From: Candidatus Babeliales bacterium
GTDB lineage: Bacteria > Babelota > Babeliae > Babelales > JBFXEV01
Assembly (NCBI GenBank): GCA_050179755.1
Contig: JBFXEV010000001.1
Coordinates: 1,449,994-1,513,993, forward strand
DNA: 64,000 bases
Direction of reading: 5' to 3'
Position numbers and translations under genes: made by a program. Every line of letters starts with the position of its first letter. Positions within the stretch are counted from its first letter, which is position 1. This document shows, one piece after another, positions 10,742 through 20,716 of this stretch. The notes beneath the pieces were generated by a model. The model was not told the origin of the DNA. It worked only from the letters and a program-made list of their open reading frames with translations, and did not search any database.

Positions 10742-10782
10742 AAAAACCCCGGTACCTTAGTGGTAAACCGGGGTTAATTTTT
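10742..10782. terminator. Intrinsic terminator between convergent genes, probably bidirectional
   Basis: AACCCCGGT...ACCGGGGTT hairpin flanked by A and T tracts. Confidence 0.75.
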
Positions 10783-10797
10783 TATAAATAGTGAAAA

Positions 10798-11640
10798 TTA
10801 TTTTCCACTAACCTGATCTTCTTCTAGCAGTTGAACTATTGTATTATCTTGTCTGGCTGCAATAAGCTGCGGATTACGTGCTTGTAGCTGCGCAAGAAGT
10901 TGCCTTACTCGTTCTTCAATTTCTTCAGTATTTTCACCACACTGACGTAATTGCTCCAGCAAGCTTTGCAAATCAGCTTTTGCAGAACCCATGTTACTTA
11001 AAAGAATAGCCGATAACTTAGTAGTTGCGCCTTGCCTTGCTACTATAACATCGGCAGAATGTTGTATTTCATTAATGCCTTGTGCTTCTTGTTGCGCTGT
11101 TTGTGCTGCATTAGACATTGCCGTCTTCAGTGCACCAAATATTGCAGATTGTTGTAAACCTAAAGCTTCTGCATTCACCAATAGGGCATAAAAAGTTTCT
11201 TGCGTTGCATTAAGATTACCTTGAGCTTTACCAATTACTGCAACAAGAGCTTCTTGGCGTTGGCCAAATTGATCGAAATTTTCTTGGGTGTCTCTATCAT
11301 GTACATCTTTTACTTCAACCACGCGCGCCATTTCAGCAGTGCGATGCTTACGCAAACGACCCGCCGTTGCATTAAGATCTCTTTGGCTTGCAAATAAATA
11401 TTTGCTTATAACAATACCACCAACTACTGCTCCAATAACTAACGTTGATTTAGGGTGGTCCCATGCAGTTTCAACTACCATAAGACTAGCATCTTTAATT
11501 TTAGCAAGTGCATAACGCGGATAAGAAACAACCGTTTTTGGCTCATTATCTAAGTCATCCATAGCACATGTCATTGCTGGCATGGCTACAAAAGATAATA
11601 CAACGAACAATCTTAACATATATTTTTTCATAAATAACAT
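10798..11640 (-). CDS. Hypothetical secreted coiled-coil protein
   Basis: GGAGG RBS, signal peptide ending TCA/MDD, internal hydrophobic segment, A/Q-rich helical body. Confidence 0.65.
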   Translation of the reverse strand: MLFMKKYMLRLFVVLSFVAMPAMTCAMDDLDNEPKTVVSYPRYALAKIKDASLMVVETAWDHPKSTLVIGAVVGGIVISKYLFASQRDLNATAGRLRKHRTAEMARVVEVKDVHDRDTQENFDQFGQRQEALVAVIGKAQGNLNATQETFYALLVNAEALGLQQSAIFGALKTAMSNAAQTAQQEAQGINEIQHSADVIVARQGATTKLSAILLSNMGSAKADLQSLLEQLRQCGENTEEIEERVRQLLAQLQARNPQLIAARQDNTIVQLLEEDQVSGK

Positions 11641-11685
11641 TTTGAAACCTCCAATTACATTCCATTTAGTACTATTTTTAGAAAA

Positions 11686-12411
11686 TTAAATTTTAGTTTC
11701 TCGCACTTGCATATCACTGGAATTTGAATGTATGTTATAATTCACCGATGATAGCATTGTATTTGCAAAACCATTTTTCTTTGGCTGCAACATTTCTTTT
11801 ATGCGACTAATTCTTTCATCGCGAGCAAGAGATTGCTTTTTGTATGTTTCTATATTCGAATTAATTTCACGCATTTCTGCATCCATTAAACCAACTTTTT
11901 GATCAAGATCTATTGTCATTTCACCAAGACGCTGTATTTTTTCCATTAATGTCGCACGGGCAAAAGTTATTAGACCTAGCTCTAGCAACATTTCTTCTAA
12001 TGTTTTTTTGACTTTGGGCAATTCAGTTTCATGGTTTTGCTTAATTTCTTCCAACTGAGTCTTAAGTTTCCGTGTTTGCTCATTTAAACTTATTGCAGTG
12101 CCTTGCATCAAAGTAGCATTTTCTGCAAGAGTATCTTGTCTTTTATTTATAGCAGTAAATTTAGCATTAATTTCTTGTTTACTTTGATTTTCACGCGCAA
12201 TCAAAGCATCAGCTGCCTGAGTCGTTTCTAATTTTTCTTTTTTTTCAAATTCAGCAAGTCCAGCTTTTGTGATAGGGCAAAATGACCAGAGGTAAGAAGC
12301 TGCAGAATATAAAGGAGCTGTAAACAAGCTAGACCAAGCCGCTTGAGCAGGTAACGCATAGCTCCCCGCAAAAAGCAGGGTAAATGCCAAAATATAATGA
12401 TTAATTTTCAT
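11686..12411 (-). CDS. Hypothetical secreted coiled-coil protein
   Basis: Signal peptide (AQA/AW), heptad-rich E/K/L body; own sigma70-like promoter. Confidence 0.65.
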   Translation of the reverse strand: MKINHYILAFTLLFAGSYALPAQAAWSSLFTAPLYSAASYLWSFCPITKAGLAEFEKKEKLETTQAADALIARENQSKQEINAKFTAINKRQDTLAENATLMQGTAISLNEQTRKLKTQLEEIKQNHETELPKVKKTLEEMLLELGLITFARATLMEKIQRLGEMTIDLDQKVGLMDAEMREINSNIETYKKQSLARDERISRIKEMLQPKKNGFANTMLSSVNYNIHSNSSDMQVRETKI

Positions 12412-12449
12412 CTTGATATCCTTTGGGATAAGACCTTCCATTCGAATCT

Positions 12450-12478
12450 AGCATACCAGGAAAAATACAGTTAGTCAA
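12450..12478 (-). promoter_or_regulatory. sigma70-type promoter
   Basis: TTGACT-17 bp-TATGCT with TG extension, upstream of the 12411 start. Confidence 0.55.
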
Positions 12479-12483
12479 ATCAA

Positions 12484-13608
12484 TTAAAAACCAACAATCC
12501 TTTTCTTAAAGCTTTTCTGCGATCCAGGCTGATGCCTACCCCTGCCAGTGCCCATATGCTCTATAACCTGATAAAAATAGTCCCTATCGGCCCCTTTTAC
12601 CACGGCCTGCTCATGAGCTTCAGCAATAACTACAGGATACCCCCTGCCTTTACGAGCCTGGTCTGCTATAATACTTGCCACCAGGTCCACAAATTCTTTT
12701 TGCTGGGCTATCCAGGCCACTATCTCTACACGGGCAATTTCTTCCCCCATGTGCATATAAAAGAAATAAGGCCTTAAATGTTCAGGATATACTCCACAAA
12801 TAGGCGTATTGCTTTGAAATACGATCGTGCGCTCAAAAGGCTGTAAAAAGCCTGCGACAAGCGTGCTATCCACCACATGATCAATATCGCTGAGCGCTAA
12901 CGCATCTTGAGCATTAAAATTAGCCATTTTCAAGCGAACCAAGCTTACAAGCTCTTTAGAACGCGGCAAACTAATATACCCTGTAAGCAGCGTTTGTTCT
13001 TTATACAGATCTTCAAACACTGCAATATGCTGCGCTGCATACTGTTCCTTAATTTCAGCTTCTTTTGCTGCCAAATGCCAAAATATAAGCGAGCCATCAA
13101 AGAGCAAAAGCATTGGAATAGCATTATGTTGTTGTTTATAAAATGCACAAAGTTCTTTGCCATGGGTAAATTCATGCGCCTGGCGCAGGCAGTTGACCGT
13201 ATCGCGCGACAAGTCCGGCATATCTTCATTTTGCTGACCAGTAAACACAAGAGGCAGTGAGCTTAACGCGATAGTTGATTCTTTGCCATAGACAATTGCC
13301 ACGGTGCCGATATTAATAAGAAAGCATGAAGTGCCTTGGTGGCGATCAGGATATACTTGAGAGCCGTCTACTGATAAGGCAGCATAATGCTCAATGGTAG
13401 GCTGCACGGGATAAACGGTGCCAAGATCTTCAAACCATGAGGGCGGATATAATGGACTGCCACTTTTTCTTACTTTTGGCTGAAAAAGCGGATCTTTTAT
13501 AATCTCTTGCCAAACAGCTCGAGCTTTTAAAATTTCGTGACTTGTATCAAAGAACAGCTCATTCTCAACTTGCTCTAATGCTTTAAAGAGTTTTGCCCTA
13601 TCTAACAT
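12484..13608 (-). CDS. nurA: NurA-family nuclease
   Basis: SVDGSQ, LLFDGSL and GYPVVIAEAHEQAVV motifs. Confidence 0.85.
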   Translation of the reverse strand: MLDRAKLFKALEQVENELFFDTSHEILKARAVWQEIIKDPLFQPKVRKSGSPLYPPSWFEDLGTVYPVQPTIEHYAALSVDGSQVYPDRHQGTSCFLINIGTVAIVYGKESTIALSSLPLVFTGQQNEDMPDLSRDTVNCLRQAHEFTHGKELCAFYKQQHNAIPMLLLFDGSLIFWHLAAKEAEIKEQYAAQHIAVFEDLYKEQTLLTGYISLPRSKELVSLVRLKMANFNAQDALALSDIDHVVDSTLVAGFLQPFERTIVFQSNTPICGVYPEHLRPYFFYMHMGEEIARVEIVAWIAQQKEFVDLVASIIADQARKGRGYPVVIAEAHEQAVVKGADRDYFYQVIEHMGTGRGRHQPGSQKSFKKRIVGF

Positions 13609-13714
13609 CGCTCATCCTGAGTAGTCCGTCGTGTATGAAGTGCATAATAAGTTTCTCGATAATAAATAGAGTATCGGTAAAAGGTCAAATGACGGATATA
13701 TCGAAGGGTTGAGC
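13609..13714. repeat. Palindromic repeat family A copy with expanded interior
   Basis: CGCTCATCCTGAGT...TCCGTC...GACGGA...ATCGAAGGG ends match family A. Confidence 0.7.
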
Positions 13715-13724
13715 ATTAATACCC

Positions 13725-14108
13725 CTAATTCTTTTTAGCAGCACACTGATAAATGCCCTTTTGCAACGCTTCAAGCGGCAGCAAAGCGCATTTAAGCCGC
13801 ACCGGGCCAAGTTCTACACCGATTAGTTTTTGCATAGCATCTGCATTAAGCGCAAGCAAATCAGCACATGATTTATTTAAAGCATACTCATAGAGCAATG
13901 AGGCTGCTGCTTGGCTGATCACGCAGCCTGAACCTTCAAAGCCGAGCTGCACTATTTTTCCGTCCGCAATTTTGCCCGAAAGCGTCACTCTATCCCCACA
14001 GGAAGGATTAAGTTCGTCAGTGAGAAAATCAGGATCAGACACTAATCCTTTATTACGGGGATTACGGTAATGATCAAGTAATTGTGCTTGATAGACAGCT
14101 TGTAACAT
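13725..14108 (-). CDS. sufU: SufU/IscU-type Fe-S scaffold or sulfur-transfer protein
   Basis: LLDHYRNPRNKG, NPSCGD, GCVISQAAAS, RLKCALL; GAGG RBS. Confidence 0.9.
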   Translation of the reverse strand: MLQAVYQAQLLDHYRNPRNKGLVSDPDFLTDELNPSCGDRVTLSGKIADGKIVQLGFEGSGCVISQAAASLLYEYALNKSCADLLALNADAMQKLIGVELGPVRLKCALLPLEALQKGIYQCAAKKN

Positions 14109-14246
14109 AGTTTTTACCTCTTGAAATACTATACCGTAATTGACCAGACTGAGCAACAAAGCGCTCTCAATCGCAAAACTCTTTTTTTCTCTCCTTCAAA
14201 TATGCTAAATTAGGTATGCTTAACCTTAACAAAAGGAGGGGAAAGT

Positions 14247-15134
14247 ATGAAAACAATACTAATGTCGATCATAATTACCATATGTCTATTATTAAGTTCA
14301 CTCAAAGCAATGGACGCAAAGCGACACGTACTAGTGCCACTGGACGGCTTTCTTTTTCAAGTAAATACCGCAGCAGCAATTTCAGAATTAGGTGTTGCAG
14401 GAGCAGTTTCAGCAGCATGGACGGCAGGATGGCGCAGCAGCTTTTCAAATATCTTAGGCGTAGCCAGTGGCAAAGGCCCCGATCAAAAAACGCTTGCTAC
14501 TAAATTGTTTGCTTTATTAAACACTATTGAATATCAACCATGTGTAGAGGCAAAGAGCGCTCCTGAAGTCTGTTGGCAAGGCCTTAAAACCCCTCATATT
14601 GTGGTGCATGGCTATTTGCAAGGCAATAATAGATGCTCTGATCTAATGCAAACAGTACTCTCACATATACAAAAAAATGCTGGTAGTGGAGAGCGAGCAA
14701 GTCTTGAAGCCTCCGCAAGAATTATGCTCGATCCTACAAAAAATGCCGCTACATTCACTCCAAACGCTGATGCCTTAAACATAGTTAAAGAACTTAAGGC
14801 GCGAGGCCATACTGTTCATGTTGTTGATAATTGGAATGGTGAGACATTCGATTGCCTTCTAGAATCGCACAAAACTTTGTTTGAAACTATTAATGGCAAA
14901 TTATTCGTCTCTGGCAAAGAAGGCGCCGTAAAATCTACTAAAACTACTGCACTTCTTGAATCTTTTCTTGAAAAAAATAATGGCATTAAACCCGAGCACT
15001 GTTTTTGTATTGAAACAGAGCCAAGTTATATTGCTCCATTAGAAAGTAAAAGACTTAAGCATGCCCTCTGCCAAGACGGCAATATTGCTGCACTGCGTGC
15101 GACATTGCAAAAGGTTGGGTTACTTGCAGAGTAA
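14247..15134 (+). CDS. Secreted hypothetical protein, degenerate HAD-like fold
   Basis: Signal peptide (LKA/MD); VKELKARGH, FVSGKEGAVK, IKPEHCFCIE resemble HAD motifs but the catalytic Asp positions look altered. Confidence 0.55.
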   Translation: MKTILMSIIITICLLLSSLKAMDAKRHVLVPLDGFLFQVNTAAAISELGVAGAVSAAWTAGWRSSFSNILGVASGKGPDQKTLATKLFALLNTIEYQPCVEAKSAPEVCWQGLKTPHIVVHGYLQGNNRCSDLMQTVLSHIQKNAGSGERASLEASARIMLDPTKNAATFTPNADALNIVKELKARGHTVHVVDNWNGETFDCLLESHKTLFETINGKLFVSGKEGAVKSTKTTALLESFLEKNNGIKPEHCFCIETEPSYIAPLESKRLKHALCQDGNIAALRATLQKVGLLAE

Positions 15135-15143
15135 GGAACTCCT

Positions 15144-16022
15144 ATGATCGCACCATGCCATTTGGCATTAGCGCTTGTTGCAGCACTTATGAGTGCAGGC
15201 ATTGCCATTGCAGGTAAATTTCTTGCTACTGATTTGCCTTCCGCAGACCTAACATTATTACGAGTAAGCCTTGCAAGTTTATGCTTTTTACCCTATGCAC
15301 GCACACTATCATTAAAAAAACTGACCAAAAAAGATTTTGGAGTTTTAGTACTTGCAGGATTCTTTGGCATTTTTCTTTCCAACGTATTGTACTTCCAAGG
15401 CCTTGCAATAAGTTCTGCTCTCCATGCAGCACTCATCAATGCTCTGACGCCTGGGCTTATGCTTATGTGCACGTGTTTTTATTTTAGAAAACTACCCACT
15501 CTTGAGCAAATGATTTCATTCTCTCTAGCCTTGCTTGGCGTATTGCTCATTACGATGGATGGCACATTTAATTGGGAAACATTATTTAATAGTACTGGTA
15601 ACTTATTAATGCTGCTTAGTATTCTTTGCTGGGTAGTGTATAGCATTTCTGCAAAACAAAAAAGTGAAACTCTTCCTTGCACTGCCTTTACCTTTGGTGC
15701 ACTTATTATCGGCACCTTATTGCTCGTTCCTATAACACTACAAGATAATAGCTTAACCACAACACTTACGCACTTAACCAACATGCAATGGCTTTTAATT
15801 GGTTATATTGCATTAATCGGAACTGGCTTAGGTTATTTTCTCTATGCAAAATCAATTGAGCAAATAGGCCCCGATATGGCAGCCTATATTATTTATAGCA
15901 TGACACCGGTTTGGGTAGTTATACTTACTTTTTTATTCTTTGATGACCCCATTACGCGTTGGGAACTTGCAGGATCACTTTGCATATTAGGCAGTTTAAT
16001 AATACATATTAAAGCAGCATAA
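15144..16022 (+). CDS. EamA/DMT family transporter
   Basis: About 10 TM, two EamA-like repeats. Confidence 0.85.
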   Translation: MIAPCHLALALVAALMSAGIAIAGKFLATDLPSADLTLLRVSLASLCFLPYARTLSLKKLTKKDFGVLVLAGFFGIFLSNVLYFQGLAISSALHAALINALTPGLMLMCTCFYFRKLPTLEQMISFSLALLGVLLITMDGTFNWETLFNSTGNLLMLLSILCWVVYSISAKQKSETLPCTAFTFGALIIGTLLLVPITLQDNSLTTTLTHLTNMQWLLIGYIALIGTGLGYFLYAKSIEQIGPDMAAYIIYSMTPVWVVILTFLFFDDPITRWELAGSLCILGSLIIHIKAA

Positions 16023-16024
16023 GA

Positions 16025-16822
16025 TTACACAGCGTCCAATCGCTTATAGGCATATCGTATTGCAAGAAAAGCAAACAAGGCACTTGCAAAGAGAATTCCG
16101 GTAATACTCACATAATATGGCATAAACGTATCACCACCAAGCATTGCTTTGCGCAATGCTTCAGTCAAATGCATCATAGGATTAAAAGCAACTAAGATGC
16201 CAAGCACAAGACTGTATTCTAAGAAAACAGAAAATGGCATACGAAGGCCGCCAAGCTGCAACATAGGAAAAATAAAACGATCAAATAAATTTCCAACCTG
16301 ATGCACTCCCTCGATATAGAAAATAAAAAACAAGGAAAACGCAGAAAAAAAGAGCATGCCAAGATACATAACCAACATGATTAACCACCACTGCGCATGT
16401 GCTGTTGCAAGATAGCTGCCAAGCAACCATTTGGCAATCACATAATATGGCCCTATAAATACAAAGGTGACAATCGAAAAAAAGAAAATACGTTCAAGAA
16501 TAATTAAAGACAGTGGCGCAAACGTCATTTGGTATTGCAGTAATTTAGTATGTTGTGTATCAAAAAACACTCCAAAGGCCAATCCAAGTGAAGGGGAAAT
16601 TAATACTTGCAAAAGCGAGCCCAAAAAGAATATAGTACCTGCCTCTGGGGTTGGATTGATCATGCCACTATTAGGCATCAAATAGCCATAATTGATTGAA
16701 TATACCAGCGGTGCCACAAGCATATAATTTATTGCAAACGATTTTATTTGTTTACGAAAAGCATATATATCACGGTATAATAATTGCCCAAAAATGCGCA
16801 CATACAACCAGATACTATTCAT
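16025..16822 (-). CDS. ABC-2 type exporter permease
   Basis: 6 TM, FNPMMHLTEALR motif. Confidence 0.8.
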   Translation of the reverse strand: MNSIWLYVRIFGQLLYRDIYAFRKQIKSFAINYMLVAPLVYSINYGYLMPNSGMINPTPEAGTIFFLGSLLQVLISPSLGLAFGVFFDTQHTKLLQYQMTFAPLSLIILERIFFFSIVTFVFIGPYYVIAKWLLGSYLATAHAQWWLIMLVMYLGMLFFSAFSLFFIFYIEGVHQVGNLFDRFIFPMLQLGGLRMPFSVFLEYSLVLGILVAFNPMMHLTEALRKAMLGGDTFMPYYVSITGILFASALFAFLAIRYAYKRLDAV

Positions 16823-17613
16823 ACTTGCCCCTCATCAATGCGACGCGCAATAGGCCCCATAACAACAAAAAGAAGAATCGTTGCCCAAATACCAAGCCCT
16901 AACATACAATAGCCAGCAGGAATAAACGTGCCACTGGAAAGTAACGTTGTGCGTAATCCTTCTGTCATATATACCACCGGACTTATTAAAAATATTCGGC
17001 CTATCATAGGGTTAAAGGCATATACTTTGTACCAAGAATATAAATTGCACCCTAATACAATAGAGGGAGTAAGTATACGCTGCCATAAATTAAAACGAAG
17101 CCAATCAAATGATGCTATAAAAATAAAGGATACAAATGCAACACTCAAAAACAGCAAGCTTAACAAAAGTACACCAATAAATGCAAACGGGTTAATGGCA
17201 GAAAATTGAATCTGTTCACTGCCTAGCACTATACGTGCAGTGAGAATTAAAGGAATTACACTCACAGCAATATACATCATATACCTAAGTATATATGAAA
17301 GAAGTAGCCCGCGTGTGGAAATAGGCAATAAGCGTCTGTAGTCAATAAAACGAGAAAATCGACGATCGTAACTATCGGCAATTGAAGCATTAAACCCACG
17401 ATTTAAATACACAGAGACCATGGCTCCAGTGACCACATCGGCAGAAATAGAAAACTCAAAACCCATTAAATATCCAAGCATACCCATGCCTAAATAGACT
17501 GAAAGAACTCGCAGCATTGCATTAATAATGGGATCGCGGGCATTTTTTTTTAGGATCATGCACTCACGCCTGAGCATAACTAGGATAACACGGAGAGTAT
17601 GTAGAAAATGCAT
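16819..17613 (-). CDS. ABC-2 type exporter permease
   Basis: 6 TM, SPVVYMTEGLR motif; coupled to neighbours. Confidence 0.8.
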   Translation of the reverse strand: MHFLHTLRVILVMLRRECMILKKNARDPIINAMLRVLSVYLGMGMLGYLMGFEFSISADVVTGAMVSVYLNRGFNASIADSYDRRFSRFIDYRRLLPISTRGLLLSYILRYMMYIAVSVIPLILTARIVLGSEQIQFSAINPFAFIGVLLLSLLFLSVAFVSFIFIASFDWLRFNLWQRILTPSIVLGCNLYSWYKVYAFNPMIGRIFLISPVVYMTEGLRTTLLSSGTFIPAGYCMLGLGIWATILLFVVMGPIARRIDEGQV

Positions 17614-18362
17614 TATCCTTCCTGTTCTTTAAGCAATTCTAGAAACACTTCTTCCAGCGATTCTTTTTTATGTTTCTGTTTTAAGTCTTGCACCGTTGCC
17701 ATCATCACAATCTTACCTCTGCCTAAAATACACACACGATCAGCTAATATTTCAGCTTCTTCAAGGTAATGAGTTGTAAGCAAAATGGTCATGCCCTGTT
17801 TATTAAGCCCTTTAATAACTTCCCACATGTTATGGCGAATATCAGGATCAAGGCCAACGGTAGGTTCATCTAAAATGAGCAACTTAGGATTATGCACAAT
17901 GGCACGGGCTATTAATAAACGTTGCTTATATCCACCTGAAAGAGCGTTAACAGAAAAATCTTTATAGCGGGTCAAATTAAACTGCTCAAGCAAGGTGTCA
18001 GTACGTTCTTGCACGTATACTTCTGGCATTAAAAAATAACGACCAGCAAAAACTAAATTATCCCGCACCGATAAATCAGGATCCAAATTGGGTGATTGTG
18101 GGCAAAAACCAAGTGATTGCCGATAGGAAATAATATTATCGTAAATAGACTTATTTTTATAAAGAACGGTGCCAGATGTTAAAGGATGCAACGTAGCAAT
18201 AATAGAAGATAATGTTGTTTTGCCTGCACCGTTTACGCCAAGTAATGAAAGTATTTCGCCTTCGTAGATATCAAGACTGACTCCGTCAAGTGCGTTGACT
18301 AAGCGTTTTTTATCTTTATAAATTTTATAGACGTCACGAATACTAAGTAATATGGTGGACAT
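17613..18362 (-). CDS. ABC exporter ATP-binding subunit (DrrA/NodI-like)
   Basis: GVNGAGKT, LSGG, LDEPTVGLD, TTHYLEEAE. Confidence 0.93.
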   Translation of the reverse strand: MSTILLSIRDVYKIYKDKKRLVNALDGVSLDIYEGEILSLLGVNGAGKTTLSSIIATLHPLTSGTVLYKNKSIYDNIISYRQSLGFCPQSPNLDPDLSVRDNLVFAGRYFLMPEVYVQERTDTLLEQFNLTRYKDFSVNALSGGYKQRLLIARAIVHNPKLLILDEPTVGLDPDIRHNMWEVIKGLNKQGMTILLTTHYLEEAEILADRVCILGRGKIVMMATVQDLKQKHKKESLEEVFLELLKEQEG

Positions 18363-18496
18363 TAATGTTCCTTGAATATGAGCGAAGAGTATTATTATAA
18401 TATACGTTAAATATATGTATTTGAAAATAGTAAATAGTTATTTTACCATGTTATAAAATTGAGAAGTTCCACTGAATATTTATAGGCATTATCTTT

Positions 18497-18863
18497 CGGC
18501 CGCTCCCGCCGCGGCTGGCGCACGCCTTTTTGGTGCCAAAAAGGGTGCAAAAACCAGTTAGGGCATGCTATCCCTAACAACCCCATACCTTATCAAACAG
18601 ATTATGATATCAACTCGGTTAAATCTCGCCGTCCATATTTTCTATTTTCTATGCATGTTTCTGTGTGGGGGGATGAATACCCACTGGCTCACAATTAAAT
18701 CTTATTAATAGCTCCTATGCGCGCATCATGTATACCTCGTCGTGAAACGACGCGAGGTATAACATTAGGCGATCGAGCGGAATGGTCCAGCAGAATGCTG
18801 GTGCTTTTTTGCGTCCTTTTTTTGCACAAAAAAAGGCATGCGCCGCCCTGCGTAAGGGCACCA
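18497..18863. mobile_element. MITE-like non-coding element with imperfect terminal inverted repeats (family B, copy 2)
   Basis: Left GGCGCACGCCTTTTTGGTGCCAAAAAGGGTGCAAAAA vs right TTTTTGCGTCCTTTTTTTGCACAAAAAAAGGCATGCGCC; internal hairpins. Confidence 0.6.
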
Positions 18864-18920
18864 GTAATAATGCTTGTAAATATTAAATGGAACTTCTACA
18901 ATACCTTGAAACAAAAAAAA

Positions 18921-19403
18921 CTAATTTCCACCACCACCATGACCATGCATCTCTTTTGTTTTCCACCAACCATATATAACCCCGCTATAAAAAATTGCTG
19001 CAACACCAACTCCAACAAGCGCTAGTTTCCCCATACCTGCCATATTTTGATAAGTTCTTTTTCCTTGCTGCAGCAGAACACCTACAATAGAACCTTTTAA
19101 ATCTAATTGTTCAGCTGGTAAAGCAGCCCCAGTACTTATAAGCAAACGCCTAAAATCTTTTACATTAACGTTAAAATTACCATCCTCGCGAGGTGTAATT
19201 ACTTCCGGCAATGATTTTGCAAAACTTTGTATTGCATTTCGTTGCATAGAAGGTGAACCTGCATCAGCTAATGTATCAACTAACTGTATTGATTCTGGTC
19301 TTGCTGCAGCAAATATTACTAAATCTAATTTCTTCCCCGGTTCCATTGCCCCTACTAAAAAACTATATCCACAAACAACAATAGCTAATATATATTTTTT
19401 CAT
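18921..19403 (-). CDS. Hypothetical secreted protein with C-terminal TM helix
   Basis: Signal peptide VGA/MEP; C-terminal LALVGVGVAAIFYSGVIYGWW. Confidence 0.6.
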   Translation of the reverse strand: MKKYILAIVVCGYSFLVGAMEPGKKLDLVIFAAARPESIQLVDTLADAGSPSMQRNAIQSFAKSLPEVITPREDGNFNVNVKDFRRLLISTGAALPAEQLDLKGSIVGVLLQQGKRTYQNMAGMGKLALVGVGVAAIFYSGVIYGWWKTKEMHGHGGGGN

Positions 19404-19527
19404 AAATTCCCTTTCCATGATTAAATTCTTTGCTTAGATGATACGCCTTATTGACCTACTAAAGCAAGAAAATTAAAAAATATGATATACTTTTAAGAAA
19501 ATTACGATATCACCATATTGGAGATGA

Positions 19528-20022
19528 ATGAACACACAACAACCAATTCCTTCTAACATTATTTTTGATATCTTTGGCGTACTTTTTCATTGGGATCCGC
19601 TGCAACCGCGCATAAACGGCGAAAGCCAATTTATTCCAATAGAAGAAAATATCGCATTACTGGCCGAATGCGCAAGCCTTATCAATGAATTAGGAAAACC
19701 AATTCATCGATTATTTGTTCTCTCCAATTGTAAATTAAACTTGCTTGAAGAACTCTATGTTGCGTATCCACACGTCTTTGAGCCATTTGAAGGAATAGTT
19801 ATCCCCACGCATGCAGGATATGCAAAGCCTGATAAACGTATGTTTGAACATTTGCTTGCCTTGCATATGTTGCACCCGAGTAATTCAATTTTTATTGATG
19901 ATGCACCAGAAAATACTAAAGCTGCCGTTCAACTGGGTATTACCGCTATAACATATGGTCCAGGCATACAGTTAAAACGAGCATTCATTACTCACGGCGT
20001 TATACCTTATACTCACGCCTAA
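19528..20022 (+). CDS. HAD-superfamily phosphatase
   Basis: IIFDIFGVL, LSN, KPD, FIDD motifs. Confidence 0.85.
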   Translation: MNTQQPIPSNIIFDIFGVLFHWDPLQPRINGESQFIPIEENIALLAECASLINELGKPIHRLFVLSNCKLNLLEELYVAYPHVFEPFEGIVIPTHAGYAKPDKRMFEHLLALHMLHPSNSIFIDDAPENTKAAVQLGITAITYGPGIQLKRAFITHGVIPYTHA

Positions 20023-20704
20023 TTGCAAGTACGTGCTGCACGGCAAATGGCAAGAGTATCATGCGCAATCCCACGCTGCCTGCAAAGGCTAGTACTGGCG
20101 GAGAAAACCATCCTTGATCGGCAGTAACATTATTTAATTGCATCCCAGCAAACGTATATAAGAAAATATACGGCAACATGCCAAACAGAGTTGTGAGTAA
20201 AAATGTTGTTGGCCTTACAAGAGTTATGCCAGAAAGTGCATTAATCATACCAAAAGGTAATAATGCAAGTAAGCGCACGAACAATAAATAGTAAACACCT
20301 CGCTGCTCAAAGGCATGGTTAAATTTTGCAAGCTTATGAACATATTTTTTTTGTACCCAAGCACCTATCAAATACCGTGACACAAAAAAAAGTACCATCG
20401 CACCAAGTGTTGCTCCCACAATGGCATACAAAAAACCTATTTTGCCAAACAATAGCCCACTAGCTGTTATAAACAAGGTGGAACCAGGAATTGATAATGC
20501 AGAAACGGTTACGTAACTTGCAATAAACGCACCCACTGAAAGTGCATAATGCGCATCAATATACGTATGTAATTCATGCAAATGTTCTTGAAGCCATGTA
20601 AGCGATAGATAATCAGTTAACCCTAATCCTTTAACAACACCAATAAGCGCTAGAAAAACTATTGCTATGCAAACACGCATAAAATGCCGTTTAGTTATTT
20701 TCAT
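20000..20704 (-). CDS. TVP38/TMEM64 (VTT/DedA) membrane protein
   Basis: SIPG...SGLLFG, GATLGA, FVRLL...PFGMIN. Confidence 0.85.
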   Translation of the reverse strand: MKITKRHFMRVCIAIVFLALIGVVKGLGLTDYLSLTWLQEHLHELHTYIDAHYALSVGAFIASYVTVSALSIPGSTLFITASGLLFGKIGFLYAIVGATLGAMVLFFVSRYLIGAWVQKKYVHKLAKFNHAFEQRGVYYLLFVRLLALLPFGMINALSGITLVRPTTFLLTTLFGMLPYIFLYTFAGMQLNNVTADQGWFSPPVLAFAGSVGLRMILLPFAVQHVLAIRREYKV

Positions 20705-20716
20705 TGCCAGACCTTC

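Noticed and set aside
18717..19025. 102-aa plus-strand ORF in the MITE-like element
   Set aside because: No transposase motifs, runs through palindromes and antisense into a real gene.
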